Below the pieces are notes generated by a model, which ran no database searches, was not told the DNA's origin, and was given only the letters and a program-made list of their open reading frames with translations. From Octopus sinensis (Eukaryota), in NCBI RefSeq assembly GCF_006345805.1, contig NC_042997.1, positions 5,828,001 through 5,892,000 on the forward strand: a stretch of 64,000 nucleotides of DNA. The letters run 5' to 3'. This document shows positions 26,695 through 39,619 of this stretch, piece by piece. Within the stretch, counting starts at the first letter, position 1; every line of letters starts with the position of its first letter. Position numbers and translations under genes: made by a program.

Positions 26695-28732
26695 AACAAC
26701 AAAGAAGATGAGGACAAGTATCCGTCGAATGTAAATAATGTACAGACTGAGAAATTTGTTATAGATATGAAGATTTGATGTATATTTAGTAAGGAAGGCA
26801 TTATAATTTGCCCCTTTTTATAAACAATATCATTTTTTAGTTCGTTGAATTCGCATCAGTAACATAATGCAGGGAGAATGTGTTTTTTTTTTATTGTTTA
26901 AGGATTAGTTTAATAACAATTGAAGAATCCGCTATTGAGTAGTTTTTGCTTTATTTGTGTTCTTTAATATACTGAATTACAAAATATATATGTAGTAAAA
27001 AGCCCTTTCTGAAAAAAATGCTTGAACATATCATCCTTACCAAAAAAAAAAAAAAAAAATTAAATGAAAAGGGAACGAATTCAACAAATTCTAACCAATA
27101 CTACATAGGCATATTTGTTGAACAGCGATGCAAAATAGAGTGTACTCTTTCAATGAAATCAGTAAAAATACACGAACCATGAATGTTCATTATTTGATTT
27201 TAGCTGTCCGTTAATTTCAATAAAGGAGTACTTTATCTGTGGCTGAACTAGCTTTTTTATATATCGAGCTCTGATGTACATTTAATTTTGCTGCAGGTAA
27301 GACGTATAACTATTGGGTTGAAGTGGGCGTCACACACAATATATTCCGCTTTCCTCGCTTTTCCACACAGTGTTGTTCCTGCTTCAGCTGCATATAGTAA
27401 TTTACTCTGAAATAATGAACCCGCCAAAGTGAACGTCGATTAATCAAGATTTGTACACTTGAAGATATATTGTTTGTGATCTCCTAAGTGGCTTCCAAGC
27501 AGTAATTCAAATTCTAATTATGTATTCCAAACTGGTCATTGACAATGATGTAAGTGATCATAGAATACCCAACGAATAGAAGTTATTGTAAGATGCTCAC
27601 AAGAATTACTAGCAATCTCAGTCGTTGCATATAGAGTAATGACTCAATTGTGCCGGCAGTTCTTCAACGGAAGACATTTGTGTTCATAATTCTATCCCCC
27701 CCATTTGAATAAAATTATCATTTCAAAGAAAGACAACACTATTCTATAGATGAACTCGATATGTAAAAGCATACAGTTTCTGAGCCTTCTAAAAGAATCC
27801 GATACTTATCTAAAGATAGCTTAGAAATATCTGGTATGGAGTTTTTGGAAAGAATGTGTCCAAATTATCAGAAATAGGAATATGTCTGTAGTTGTTGCTT
27901 TCTTTTCCACTAAGGAATTATGGGTAAATTCCTTCGTTTTGGAGAAATCCCGGTTTCCTTGATGTTCGCTGTGAGCAAATTACGAAGTCTGCTATGTGAG
28001 TAACTGCCAATTTCAACGCACTATACCATATATATATATATCAGTCCTATGAGGTGCCATGTATAAATAATTCTACGTGTTCCGTACACCCATACTGTAT
28101 TTAGAGAACAAATTTTATCCCAGGCATCGACTATATCCTAATTTCAATGTGTTAATAAATTTCCACCATAAACGTTGTTAAACATTTATGAAAAATTTAA
28201 CGGAAACTGAGGCAAAGATATTTCTTTTTCATAAAGGTAAGAAACCAAAATGAAATTGAAGAATGGACTCAATATTATCAAATACATTTTATTAGACCAA
28301 ATTCGAAGATAATACTCAACGATCATACAGTACACGTAAAGAAAAAAACATGAAAGAAAAACGACTAAATTCTGAAAGGCGAGAATTATTGTAAATAATT
28401 GGAATACAAATAAAATTAAAGTACAACAGTTGTGCGCTCAAGGCCCACGGGCAGATGTCAATGTTTCCTATAGGAAGCATCGTAAACTCAAAATATACCC
28501 GCTATTATTTATAGCTTTGATTGATTCAAAATTAATCGTTTATAAAGGGATACACAGTTATATTTCGCCCTTGCTGTTTCTGTCTCTTCCGTTCTTTCTC
28601 TTTCTTTCCCTGTATACATACACTCAGGCACACACTACACAAATGTACAAAAACAAACGCAAATATACGTATGTGCGTGTGTGTGTGCGTGTGTGTGTGC
28701 GTACGTCACCTGCTTTGAGGTTCCGATGAATA

Positions 28733-28734
<2 letters not shown>

Positions 28735-28775
<41 letters not shown>

Positions 28776-28842
28776 AATATATACACATAAATATATATAC
28801 GTAAATGTATGAACATAAATATATACATACATATGTATATAC

Positions 28843-28873
<31 letters not shown>

Positions 28874-29005
28874 CATATATACATATATATACATATATAT
28901 ATATATACATATATATATACATATATTTATGTACATATATATATATACGCACACATATATATATATACACACACAGATATATATACACACACATATACAC
29001 ACACA

Positions 29006-29067
<62 letters not shown>
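28735..29067. repeat. Imperfect (TA)n/(TACA)n microsatellite
   Basis: Direct reading. Confidence 0.97.
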
Positions 29068-29068
<1 letters not shown>

Positions 29069-31084
29069 CGTATTCAACGGAGCCTCAACACAGACGACAT
29101 ATAAACACACACGCACACTAACTTATATAGGCGTTGCCTGTGTGTGCTTGAGTGTATGTAAACAGAGGAAAAAGAGAACGAACGGCAGATACAGAGACAT
29201 GGGGGGCGGTATATCTTGGTAATTACATATACGTATATAATATATCTGCATTTCTGTATGTGTGTGTATACGTGTGTCTGTGTAACTGTGCTTGTATGTA
29301 TGTATGTATGTATGTATGCATGTATGTATTATGTATGTATGTATGTATGTATCTATGTATGTATGCTTATATGCACGTATAAAACGAAGTTATACGAATT
29401 TAGAGGCATGAGCATTAATTGATGGAACTGGAAAATCCATTTGACTTCAAAAATCTAATGTTTGCATCAAGATACTCAAATAAAAATTTTGAATTCAATA
29501 ATATGATTCTGGAATTATTTGAACATATCAATAGCATATATTACTTATTTGAATGTGGAAGAGAAGAAAGATAATTGAAACCAACATTCTTAGAAGTTGA
29601 ATGTACACTTACATACTTGCGCACGTATACACACACACTCACACACATATATATAAATATATGTATGCCTATGTGTGAATATGAAAGCGTTATAGGGAGA
29701 GAGAAGGAAAGAGAGAGTGAAAGAGAGAGAGAGATAGTGTGTATATTATGTTTACATGGCGTTCTGATATATCCTATTCTTGTTGATCAAACTACATTGG
29801 AAAATATAAGAAAGGTTTAAAAAAAACAAGTTATTTTTCCTTATTGCTTTATATCTTACAACAAATACATTGATCGAATAATTAGAAGATATATTTAGCA
29901 ATGAAACCATCAGCTTCAGACAGCGTTTAAGACTTCAGTGGTTTTTGAATGATAGGAAAATTCGGTATTTTATAAAGGCATCCTAATAAATCGACAAATA
30001 AAATTTGATGGAAAAATGAAAATAAAAGAATGTTATTTAGATTCCTTATACTGATCAATAACATACTTCAAGATTGGCTGGATCTGGGGTTGCTAAATGG
30101 ATTCTCTGATAACAGCGGCATGAGCTTAGTTTGGCTAAATGTGATACAAAGCATGAAAGCAAGAGCTAGTTATTGTCAAGTGTATCATACAAATGTTAAC
30201 ATCGATCTGTTGATTGAAAGCGAGGTGAGAAGTGCATTTTTTCTGGTAATTTATTTAATTTTTTTTTATATATAATTTTCTCACCTCTGCAACAACACGA
30301 TGCATGTATCAATTTCTACGCGATTAAATTTGTTACCATCTGCCATACGTACCGATAGTCAGACACCTTTTAAATACATTGGTATAATTGTATTGAGTCA
30401 TTTTCTCGTTATTTCAGCATTGCAATGCTTCGAATCCTTAACATGATCTTAACTAGAAGTACAATTTATTTCGAAATGAACAGAAAATAGCAATTATGTT
30501 GAGTAGACAAATGTAAGAAAATGGGAAAAGAATGCAATTGCTTGAATTAAAAAAGGGAAAATATATTATAAAAAAACAATTAATAAAATATAAAACTTAT
30601 ACAACTACAACAACTGTTCACAAATAGCAATAACTTAACTGACATTTTGACAGTGATAGTTCCGAGAAAATAAATGATAATTGCATAGTATTTCATTTTA
30701 GTTTTCAATATCCTGTAGATAATTAACAAAGGAACTGTATACGCTTATACTACTTAATTCAAGAACACGATGCACACAGAAATATAAACATAAACACTAT
30801 TCTTTCAAAAATGCATGGAAACATCACATAGTAAATGGACACTTATAATTTCCTGCTACTCAAACCAACAATATGCGGAATGGGGAATAATCCTAGAACG
30901 CTACACGTTTTGATCTCTAACAACAAATATTGCTGAAACTTTCTCATCAAGTCAGCAATCAATAATCAATATATTTTTTGCGTATCTATATAAGTGGTTG
31001 AATTGGTACTCTCTTGTACGCAGGGGTGAAAGATTAGCCCAATGTCTCTGTAATGATTTGTTTCTTAGTGTATATATATATATA

Positions 31085-31260
31085 TATATATATATAGGGA
31101 GAAATCACGAAAAGAAAACCAAAGGAGGAAGACAGGTGGTGTAGAAAACAAACAGACGTATTAGTATAATGCTCAGGAATTGAAAAAAGTATTTTACATT
31201 TCGAGCCTACGCTCTTCCACAGAAAGGAACACAGAAAGAAACAAGGAGAGAAAAACGGAG
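31085..31260 (-). mobile_element. Short Penelope-type element end with degenerate hammerhead, abutting (TA)n
   Basis: Minus strand TTT-CTGTGGA-A-GAGC-GTAG-GCTC-GAAAT-GTA-AAA at 31192-31225. The 3' end ctccctatatata joins (TA)n. Confidence 0.55.
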
Positions 31261-31269
31261 AGAAAAATA

Positions 31270-31860
31270 ACTAGGTATTAGAAATTGCTCATAGAAATTT
31301 TATTATCACTGAAGTCACTCCAAAGACATTTTTTGAACAGACAATAATAATGGGGATTTCTTATTTTCTTAGTGTTATGTTTCTTGTTTCATTTTTTCCC
31401 ATGGTGGGTCGCTTGATTGTTGGCGATCGAGCTAAGATAACAGCACGCTATGAAATGAGGAATTCCATTGTTTGGTTAAGAGCTGGTGGCGTGCATGGAA
31501 GTTGAGCATGCAACACGACATACGGAGATAACAAAAAGTTGTCATGCAAAGTTGATGACCACGGGCTCTTGGAACGCCGCAAGAAGTGGCCGTCCAAACA
31601 CATCCCGATCAGCGGAGAATGTGGCAACGGTGCAGGAAATGTTCAGTCGGAGTCCGCACAAGTCAACACGTTCAGCATCTTGTGAAAGTGGAATAACAAG
31701 ACACACAATATGTACGGTGTTGCATGAAGAATTCAATTTTCGCCTATGGTAACCTCATTACATGCAGAGGCTAAGAACTGTTTGTGCGCGACGCTTGAAG
31801 TTTGATGCATAAGAAAGTTATACATAAATATATTCAAAAACTTTATTTGGGCTGTCTGTA
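31270..31860 (+). mobile_element. Tc1/mariner-superfamily transposon remnant (N-terminal HTH region, internally deleted)
   Basis: ITKSCHAKLMTTGSWNAARSGRPNTSRSAENVATVQEMFSRSPHKSTRSASCESGITRHTICTVLHEEFNFRLW is a typical RSGRP/RSP.KS paired-like DNA-binding region. Ends in a TIR-like aaaactttatttgggctgtctgta. Confidence 0.8.
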
Positions 31861-32756
31861 AATATATCACGTCTGCATGAACCACTAGCACTTAAACACT
31901 TGAAAATGAGTATAATGTGTTGTGTGACGTTACTGCTTTGTGTCTGCAGTATAATAAAGTGTTATAAAATTGAGAGTTTACTATCTTCATTCTATCCTGT
32001 TCTCCCTGCTTCTAATCATGGAATCGGTGAATGTTTGACAAGAATTGCAGAGATTACGTTTGTACTACTGCGAATATCAACATATTTTAGGCCATCTTGA
32101 ATACGTCTTAACCACTCATACATTTACGTGTGGCTCATACACCCGTCTCCATACACTTTCTCTTCATACACCCCTCTTCATACAGTTTGCGTAAGCCTCT
32201 GATTAGGTATCGCCATGAAAACTTACACTCTCATGGTCAAGGCAACGATCACACGCTAAACAATTCCGTCAAAGCACTGCTGTAAACAGTCGAAGTGAGC
32301 CAGAACATCAGAATTTAGTGACCATGCACAGTTTAAGGTCAACCTGTGACAAGCAGCTTTACTCTGCCTGTTTTTAGCTTCGTTCCTATGGCAACATTAC
32401 TGATACTTAAAGATTAGAGCACGTGGTAGTATATAAATTCATAAATATAGATACGTACATCGTCATATATATACATATATGTAAGTACATATTTATATGT
32501 GTGAGTGCGCACGCGCCTGTTGTGCGTGTGTGAGTGTATGTACACATATTTATACACGAATACGTGACTATTATAGAATCACATCAGCTACAGCATCTTA
32601 TTACATTTATTCAAGCAGAAAATGTAGATGACTACAATATCAGAGAGATCTCTGGCTACAGTTGCAAATATATATGACTACAGATTCAACTGTATTCATA
32701 TATGTTTGTATGTATGTATGTATGTATGTATGTATGTATGTATGTATGTATGTATG

Positions 32757-32790
<34 letters not shown>

Positions 32791-32831
32791 ATATATATTA
32801 TATATATATATATATAGATAGATACATATGA

Positions 32832-32884
<53 letters not shown>

Positions 32885-33537
32885 CGTATCTCTATTAGAA
32901 GGGGCACGTGACGAGGCCGGCCACTTTGAGATATTTCTATTTTATGGATTCTGTCTGTAATATTTACATTTGTAGAAGAACACTTTAATATTTGTTTTCA
33001 TATTCACGGATACATTTATTACAAGAATCAATTTTAGAGAATCGCGATTGGAGATAAGTAAGCCATTTACCACAAGGTATTACAAAAAATAATAGAAGTT
33101 TTTATTCACGTTTGATTCCTGCTCGCTTGCTTTTGCTATTACTGTTTGGCAAAGGCAAGGTCACCCAAATTTAACTTAACCATCTGTCAAATTCCAAGTC
33201 GATTGTAACATTAATATAAAAACAAAATCAACAAATAACAACAAAAATCGCAATATAAGCCATATACTGAGAAATACGTTCAACTTAGAAAACATTTACG
33301 TATTACAATACTAATTTTCAAGAGTCATGCAAAAATCGGATAGTAAGTTTAAGAATAAGAAAGTGATAGCGACTTTGTTTAATATGTTCAGTTTTATTTT
33401 CTTATTTTTTTATTTTGCAAAGATATAGAAGTAAGTGAGACTAGAGATTACACACCTCCGCCCGAGGTTTGTCAATATATAACCTTTAAATGATACGCAA
33501 GTTTGCTTTCATTAAAATTGCATATATATTTGTATAT

Positions 33538-33587
<50 letters not shown>

Positions 33588-33599
33588 TGAGAAAGAGAG

Positions 33600-33860
33600 A
33601 GATGCATGGCTTAGTTATTGAAGTGTTGCACTCATGATTGCGAGATCGTGGGTTCAATTCTCTGAATGGGTATTGCATTATGCTTTTGAGCAAAGTACTT
33701 TATTTCAATTTGCTCAGCGAACATTTCCATATCTGACATGCGGCACCCGTTGCATCTGTAGAGATAATGTCCATGTGATGGAGGGAGTTGGCTTTAGTCT
33801 ACATAAACATTTGATCACTATAAGCAAATTATCTGTGTGGTTGTTCGGTAAGAAATTCTC
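33600..33860 (+). mobile_element. Diverged tRNA-derived SINE, family C
   Basis: A-box-like TGGCTTAGTTATT, B box GGGTTCAATTC, then ttttgagcaaagtactttatttca core. Confidence 0.65.
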
Positions 33861-33907
33861 GTATATTCATGCGTTATCTAACGACGCCAGAGTAGGTTGT
33901 CATTATT

Positions 33908-34322
33908 ATACTAGCGGTAATACCCGTCGTTGATCGGGGAATTACTTTTACTGTTTCTCGGACCTACAAGCTAGAAAATCGGGATATCATATAGAATAAT
34001 AGCTTGACGGAATCCAGTTGACTGCGATGGCACTGAAAAGGCTGCAGGTGAAGTTGAACATCAGTGTTCATATTGAAGAAGCATTGCACGTCGTGCATTT
34101 CTAAGGTGTCCGCTGTTTGACAGTCTTTTTGTTTTAGTAGACTTTTTTTTTATTAGGAATATCAGTGAGTAATAGTGAAATGGAATTACTAATTCTGGGT
34201 CAGTGCACAATTAGTGTTGTGCAATTGCATAATTTTTGCTGAAACAAACTAGGTAATAGCATAATAGAAAAAGCATTGCATGTCATGCGTTTGTTTGGTG
34301 TTCGCTTTTATTTTATTAAGAT
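33908..34322 (+). mobile_element. Non-autonomous Helitron/Helentron-like element
   Basis: 5' ATACTAGCGGTAATACCCGTCGTTGATCGGG (CCCG/CGGG hairpin) and 3' gcttttattttattaagat, which resemble HINE/DINE-type termini. Confidence 0.5.
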
Positions 34323-34833
34323 TATCTGTAAGGAACAGTAGAGTTCTCTCAGCGTTAGTGCTGAAATTCCTGAAAATACAGGAATGTAAGTCAAGACAAG
34401 AGTAAGTAATAATCCAATAAAATTACAAATGCTGTGTCCTGTCACATTTATATTTACTCGTCCTGCATGTGCGTATTATAGAGAAGAAAAACATATATTT
34501 ATTGAAGTTGTAAATAGATAGGTTTCATATGTAAACTTCTGTTTTTTTGTTCAAGTTGCAATCAAGCAACTGTTAGTGCTTGGCCTTGAAATTTATTACT
34601 GTTCATGGGAAAAGAAAGTGGGATACGATACTGTAAGTGCTTAAATTTGAATGGGACATTAGATGATATAACTGGTATGCGAAGAACAAAGACAGTGTCA
34701 CGTTTACCACAACCAGTGAGAATATATACATCAATTCAGTTAGTCATATGTTTGGGGACAATTAGTGATGCCTCCTTGACCCATTTATTTTCAGTTTATG
34801 GGAGAAAAAAACACACAAACGGACATAATCTCT

Positions 34834-34941
<108 letters not shown>

Positions 34942-35039
34942 AGAGAGAGATATTCGTGTGTGTGCCTGTGGGAGCGCGTATGTTTGTCTATGAGTGTGTG
35001 GGCTCATCAAAGTCCTTCTTTCAGTGTTGTAAAGCTCAT

Positions 35040-35870
35040 GTAGGCTAACCGGACTTCTGTCTCTTCATATACATCTCGGGCAAGATAACCTTAACCTTAA
35101 GGGTGCTTTGTATTGGCATCGTCTTTTGGGTAGTGCGATCGGATTTCTCCATCTCCACTCGTGTCCATTTTAGAATGCGTCCACCATAGTGACCAGCAAC
35201 ATCGTATTTGTTGAGGACACTCACAACGATCCGTGCATTACGTTTTGATTTCAGGTTTGAGACGTTGAAGTACAAAGCGGTCATCTCCAAAATCCCAAGG
35301 TTATTGTATCAACCATTTTCCAAGTTTCCCTGCCGCTCTTTATTTTACAATTTTATGTCCTTTCAGTCTGCTCTTTACCCTGTTACAATGTTAACACCGC
35401 ACGCTTTGAGATCCCGAAGTCCACTTTTTTAGCCTTACACATCACTAGATTGTCAAACAACCTCTATATTTCAATCCACTGCTTTTGCAAACAGTTTTAA
35501 ATCATCCAATTATAGAGGGTGTTTGAAACGAGGTCCATTTTTCCTCAGCTCACTATGCACGTTGCCTTTGCGTAGACAAAAAGAAAAAGGGATCTAAGTT
35601 ATAACAAATAGCTAAGGTGAGCAAGAGTATTCCTTTCTGAATACAAATATTCCCAAGTGCAATGATGGTTATAACGCATACTCTCTTCACTGCCTACATT
35701 TTAACTCTTTCTCTTCTAACTCTTCAGTCCTCTTGTCATTAGGACACACTATGTGGATTAGGAGGCTTGATTTTTCTTTTCCATTGACAACAAGAATGTT
35801 AGATTTCCATTGTCTAAATGAATTACTTTTTTCCTTATCCTCAGTAATCTTCTTCTCGGATTTAGTCATA
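35040..35870 (-). mobile_element. R4/Dong-clade RT fragment
   Basis: NLKSKRNARIVVSVLNKYDVAGHYGGRILKWTRVEMEKSDRTTQKTM resembles LKSKLN..N...AIN..A..Y..G...WT..EL..LDR..RK.M. Upstream DFGISKRAVL and IQKGI motifs. Confidence 0.75.
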
Positions 35871-36117
35871 ACACGTCCTTATGGTCATTTTACTATAGTT
35901 TCTACATAGTTTCAAATGGATCATTCTTCTCACAGTGTCCTATCATCTTCTATATACGTTGTGTCAAATTCGGGTATTCACTAGCAAAGTACCACATCGT
36001 TTCACACTATCACACATTCTGTATCTGTCACTCTCCCGTCGTGCTTCACGTTCTGTGTTTCACATATTTTGTCTTCATTGCTTACTGTTCTGCCGTGCAT
36101 ATAAGTGGCTATTTATT

Positions 36118-36353
36118 GGCGAGCAGGCAGAATCGTGGAAAATCGGCGAGCTGGCAGAATCGTTAGCACACTGGAAGAAGTGTTTAGCGGTATGTTGCCC
36201 GTCGCGATGTTCTGAGTTCAAATTCCACCTAGATTGACTTTGCTTTTCCTTCTTTCGAGATCGATTGAGTAAGTACCAGTGGAAGACCGGCGTCGATGTA
36301 ATCAAATATCCTCCTCCCCCAAATTTCAGGCACTGTGCCTATAGGACATAGAT
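36118..36353 (+). mobile_element. SINE family B copy with duplicated 5' head
   Basis: ggcgagcaggcagaatcgt at 36118 is repeated as ggcgagctggcagaatcgt at 36145. B box GTTCAAATTCC, tail aaatttcaggcactgtgcctatag into (ATT)n. Confidence 0.85.
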
Positions 36354-36354
36354 T

Positions 36355-36476
36355 TATTATTATTATTATTATTGTTATTGTTGTTGTCGTCGTCGTCATC
36401 CTCATCATTTGTCTTATTATTATTATTATCGATTATGATGATAACGATGATGAAGAAGATGATAATAATAATGATG

Positions 36477-36523
<47 letters not shown>

Positions 36524-36557
36524 TATAATAATAATAATAATAATAATAATATTAATA

Positions 36558-36592
<35 letters not shown>

Positions 36593-36640
36593 GATAATAA
36601 TAATAATAATAATAATAATGATAATAATGAAAAGAAATAG
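36355..36640. repeat. Compound (ATT)/(GAT)/(TAA)n microsatellite
   Basis: Direct reading. Confidence 0.95.
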
Positions 36641-37115
36641 ACGAACAAGAAGAAGACGAATAACAAGAATAACAATAACAACACAAGCGATGATAATTAG
36701 AATAATGGCATTGATATTGTAGATGGAAACAGCAATAACATTGGTAATAAATTTAATTCTAATGATGATATTAATGAGATCATAATATTGATAGTTGTAT
36801 GAATTATAATATTATCGCTAACAATAACAATATTAATAAATGTAATGCTTTAAAACATAATTAATCGTAGCAAAGATGTAAAATATAATGGTAATGCAGA
36901 TAATGATGATGATGATGGATAAATATTATTGATGATAAAAATATTTAAAGTTCGTATTATAAAAGATAGGTACAGAGATATGATTCCAGATAAAGTAAAA
37001 ATATAGGCCAAGATAATATCGTTGATGATATTGATTACAGTCAGCTATGTACAGTGATAAAAGCCTGCTCATGTATTTCAGTATACAACTTAGACTATAA
37101 TAACCATACAATAGT

Positions 37116-37217
<102 letters not shown>

Positions 37218-38410
37218 TATATGTATGTATATGCATTAATATATTTGACTGTGTGTCTCCTATCTGCTCATTCAACTAGACACATTGCTCTAGTGAAGCG
37301 TCATGATTTCTGAATATATAGATACAGTGTAATATAATATTATATAAAAACAAACTACAGCCCGTGAAAAATGGCCGTGATTCTGAGCTGCCATTGCTAC
37401 TGATTATACAGTGTTTTTTTCAGAAGCAAGTATAAACCACACTCTATGACGCATTTCTCTGAATTTCCTGGCTGTTTGGTTAGAAGTTCGCCTTCCAATT
37501 ACATGGTTCCGGATTCATTTTATTAATAATATATATATATAGTATTAATAAACCTGATGGAGATAAAGATTTTATTCAGCACGGCACAAGTTTCGACCCG
37601 CTTAGGGTATCTTCGTGTACATAAAGAAAAAATATAAGTCCCACAAGCGATTCGGTTTTACGTATCGCTAAATGTCCATCAACATTGGGAATGAGTAATT
37701 AACAGGTAAAATTTGAAACGCGAAAAATTCAAATATGAACATGAATATTCTTGTTTAAAGAAAATAACATAATGAGCCATCGCTGTTGTAACGGTTGAGA
37801 AACAAAAGGAAGTAGAAAAGAAGAGAATAATTAGACAAATTTTTTTTGTATTCATGCTCTTACGCACGGATACATACAAATATATATTTGTATATAAATA
37901 TATACATACGAGCTCACACACGCATATCCAAATATATAGGTATATACGTACAGCTAGATACACGTGAAAACGCACACGTATTGACGAATACGTACATATA
38001 TGTTTAGGAACTCATATATACAGGCATATACGCTTATGTATACATAAATATAGCATATAAAAATAGATAAATATCTGCATATATTCCTAGGAGATACAGA
38101 CGTCTGTGAAAAGTCTGACAAACGCTCACGTGTTAATCCACTTGCGTATGCAGGTAACTAAATATATACACACACATACATATACAGACACAGATACATA
38201 TATGTATGAATATAAACATATATACATACGCCCGTGTACACGTATACACACTTGGCATTAATATATACACACACCAAAATAAAAAAGCAAATGCGCGCCG
38301 AAAATACTGTTACCTTCACCGCCACTATGAAGTCCCTCCGATCTACGGATAATAACAGGAGCTTTACTCATCATCCACTTATACATTTTGTATAATATGA
38401 ACATTGTTAT

Positions 38411-38704
38411 ATACTAGCTGACGTACCCGGCAAGGCTTATCGCTTGGTTCCGTTCTCATAATTGTTTCGCTAATCCAGTAACAACGATACAAAGTATATA
38501 GCCCTTAAAACCGCTTTTGTGAATTTACAGAGAACACCGAACTGTCTTACACAGGATCTTGTTAAAAATTCCCAATAAATTATGAATACCCAAATTGTGA
38601 AGTTAGTTATATAATAACATGATATTAGTTACTCGATAACAAGAATTCAAGTAAAGTAGCCCCGAATAGGGGTATTAATACGTTCGCAGTGTATATAGAA
38701 CTAG
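38411..38704 (+). mobile_element. Possible Helitron-like non-autonomous element
   Basis: 5' ATACTAGCTGACGTACCCGGC like 33908. 3' hairpin CCCCGAATAGGGG followed by tatatagaaCTAG. Confidence 0.35.
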
Positions 38705-39269
38705 GGAAGAAATGTTAATAGGTTTTGTATATTACAATTGTAAAGCATGTTACGTAATAACAAGCTAATAAAGTATGAGATAATAACAGTTCAAAGTAAA
38801 TAACATTGAAAGGGCTTTTGTGCATTCCCAGAGAATATTACACTCAGTACTGCTAGAGTTGGCATATTCGTGAATAATTCACTGACCGAAATACTTGGAT
38901 CTATTTTTTACAAAAAGACTACTTGTTTAAGCGCTGTACTAGATAATTTGCATAAATAACAGTTGAGATGCTAAGAAATAAAAATACTCAATTTGATTTA
39001 TACCAAATAATTTACAAAGATGAATGTGTTATTTTACCTTCGTTATATTAACGATCCCTTTCAGGAGCGAATGGATTATTTCCCTTGGATGTTTAAAATG
39101 AAACATATTACTTAAGTGGGGCCTAATTATCGATGTTTTCAACGATATAGGTATAGCATCAGGTCTCCAGATATGACTTCTACTCACGTGTCAATTTTCA
39201 TAGAAAGCGATGTAGGAGGAGTTAGCTAACAAACCTACAAAAAAGATACTCACAGACAGAATTCCCCAC

Positions 39270-39283
39270 ATCCATATGTATAT

Positions 39284-39361
<78 letters not shown>

Positions 39362-39421
39362 TATATATCTAAACATACATATATGCATACATATAAATAT
39401 ACATATATATACATACATATA

Positions 39422-39464
<43 letters not shown>

Positions 39465-39466
39465 AT

Positions 39467-39497
<31 letters not shown>

Positions 39498-39545
39498 CTA
39501 TATATATATATATAATATATATATATATATACATGCATACATATA
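39270..39545. repeat. Imperfect (TA)n microsatellite
   Basis: Direct reading. Confidence 0.97.
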
Positions 39546-39619
39546 TATGCATGCAGTAAACAACATGAAGTACTAGACCAATTGATTTTAATATACAAAC
39601 AACGAGAGAAACACATGGA

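Larger units (their letters stand above)
26410..26744. mobile_element. Palindromic non-autonomous element with two divergent hammerhead motifs
   Basis: Arms 26462-26594 and 26609-26744 are reverse complements (roughly 8 differences by eye) around a 14-nt spacer. Homologous to 59643-60088. Confidence 0.9.

Noticed and set aside
32180-32400. Complex non-repetitive stretch with a minus-strand GTAAGT donor (possible exon or enhancer)
   Set aside because: The candidate exon is closed in all frames. Conservation cannot be judged without alignments.
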